DNA of 21,595 bases, taken from contig OZ199840.1 in assembly GCA_964304625.1 (NCBI GenBank), forward strand, positions 6,553,640 through 6,575,234, read 5' to 3'. Source of the DNA: Kudoa neothunni. Its lineage: Eukaryota; Animalia; Cnidaria. Position 1 is the stretch's first letter, and the number at the start of each line of letters is the position of its first letter. The position numbers and the translations under genes were made by a program. The notes beneath the pieces are model-generated. The model made no database searches and was not told where the DNA came from. It saw nothing but the letters and a program-made list of their open reading frames with translations. Positions 21,425 to 21,595 of this stretch are shown piece after piece.

Positions 21425-21595
21425 TAGAAGCAGTTAATTATCTCCCTTATATGCTCCATCATATGTTCATTAAACGATGCTATCTGTCTTTACTTATAAG
21501 ATTGACGTCTTTATTTTATTGTTTGCGCAAATAAACTCCTTGTACCGGGAGTTTTAATGTAATTGACTTGATAAACACATTTTGTAGGTTCTATT

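Noticed and set aside
1-21595. CRISPR array, tRNA/rRNA genes, prokaryotic defence system or alternative genetic code
   Set aside because: No regularly spaced repeats or structured RNA genes were seen. Both host genes translate cleanly with the standard code after splicing, and internal stops are confined to transposon copies.

Overview
Eukaryotic, very AT-rich window, probably from an animal with a compact genome and short (mostly 36-73 nt) GT-AG introns. A reduced invertebrate or parasite lineage is an inference, not something the sequence shows. Two host genes can be spliced by hand into open reading frames: a POMGNT1-like O-mannose beta-1,2-GlcNAc transferase (424-8024, +, 9 exons, about 651 aa) and a methionyl-tRNA formyltransferase MTFMT/fmt (18885-20318, +, 9 exons, about 353 aa). 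Most of the remaining sequence is DNA-transposon material. POMGNT1 intron 3 is expanded to 5.3 kb and holds a hAT MITE and a decayed pogo/Tigger element. Between the genes is a nested stack: an old Mutator/MULE (11079-18798) whose intron-containing transposase is split by a hAT deletion derivative (13339-14810), plus a second, younger MULE (15317-18299, 9-bp TSD) whose 5-exon transposase has only one in-frame stop. A further hAT element (9224-9927) and a non-autonomous Helitron (about 20575-21424) are also present. I found no CRISPR array, rRNA, tRNA or prokaryotic-type system. The most notable signals are the nesting, an intron position shared by the two divergent MULE transposases, and an MTFMT with no N-terminal presequence lying 86 bp from a MULE terminus. 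All homology calls come from motif recognition and recalled sequences, not database searches.
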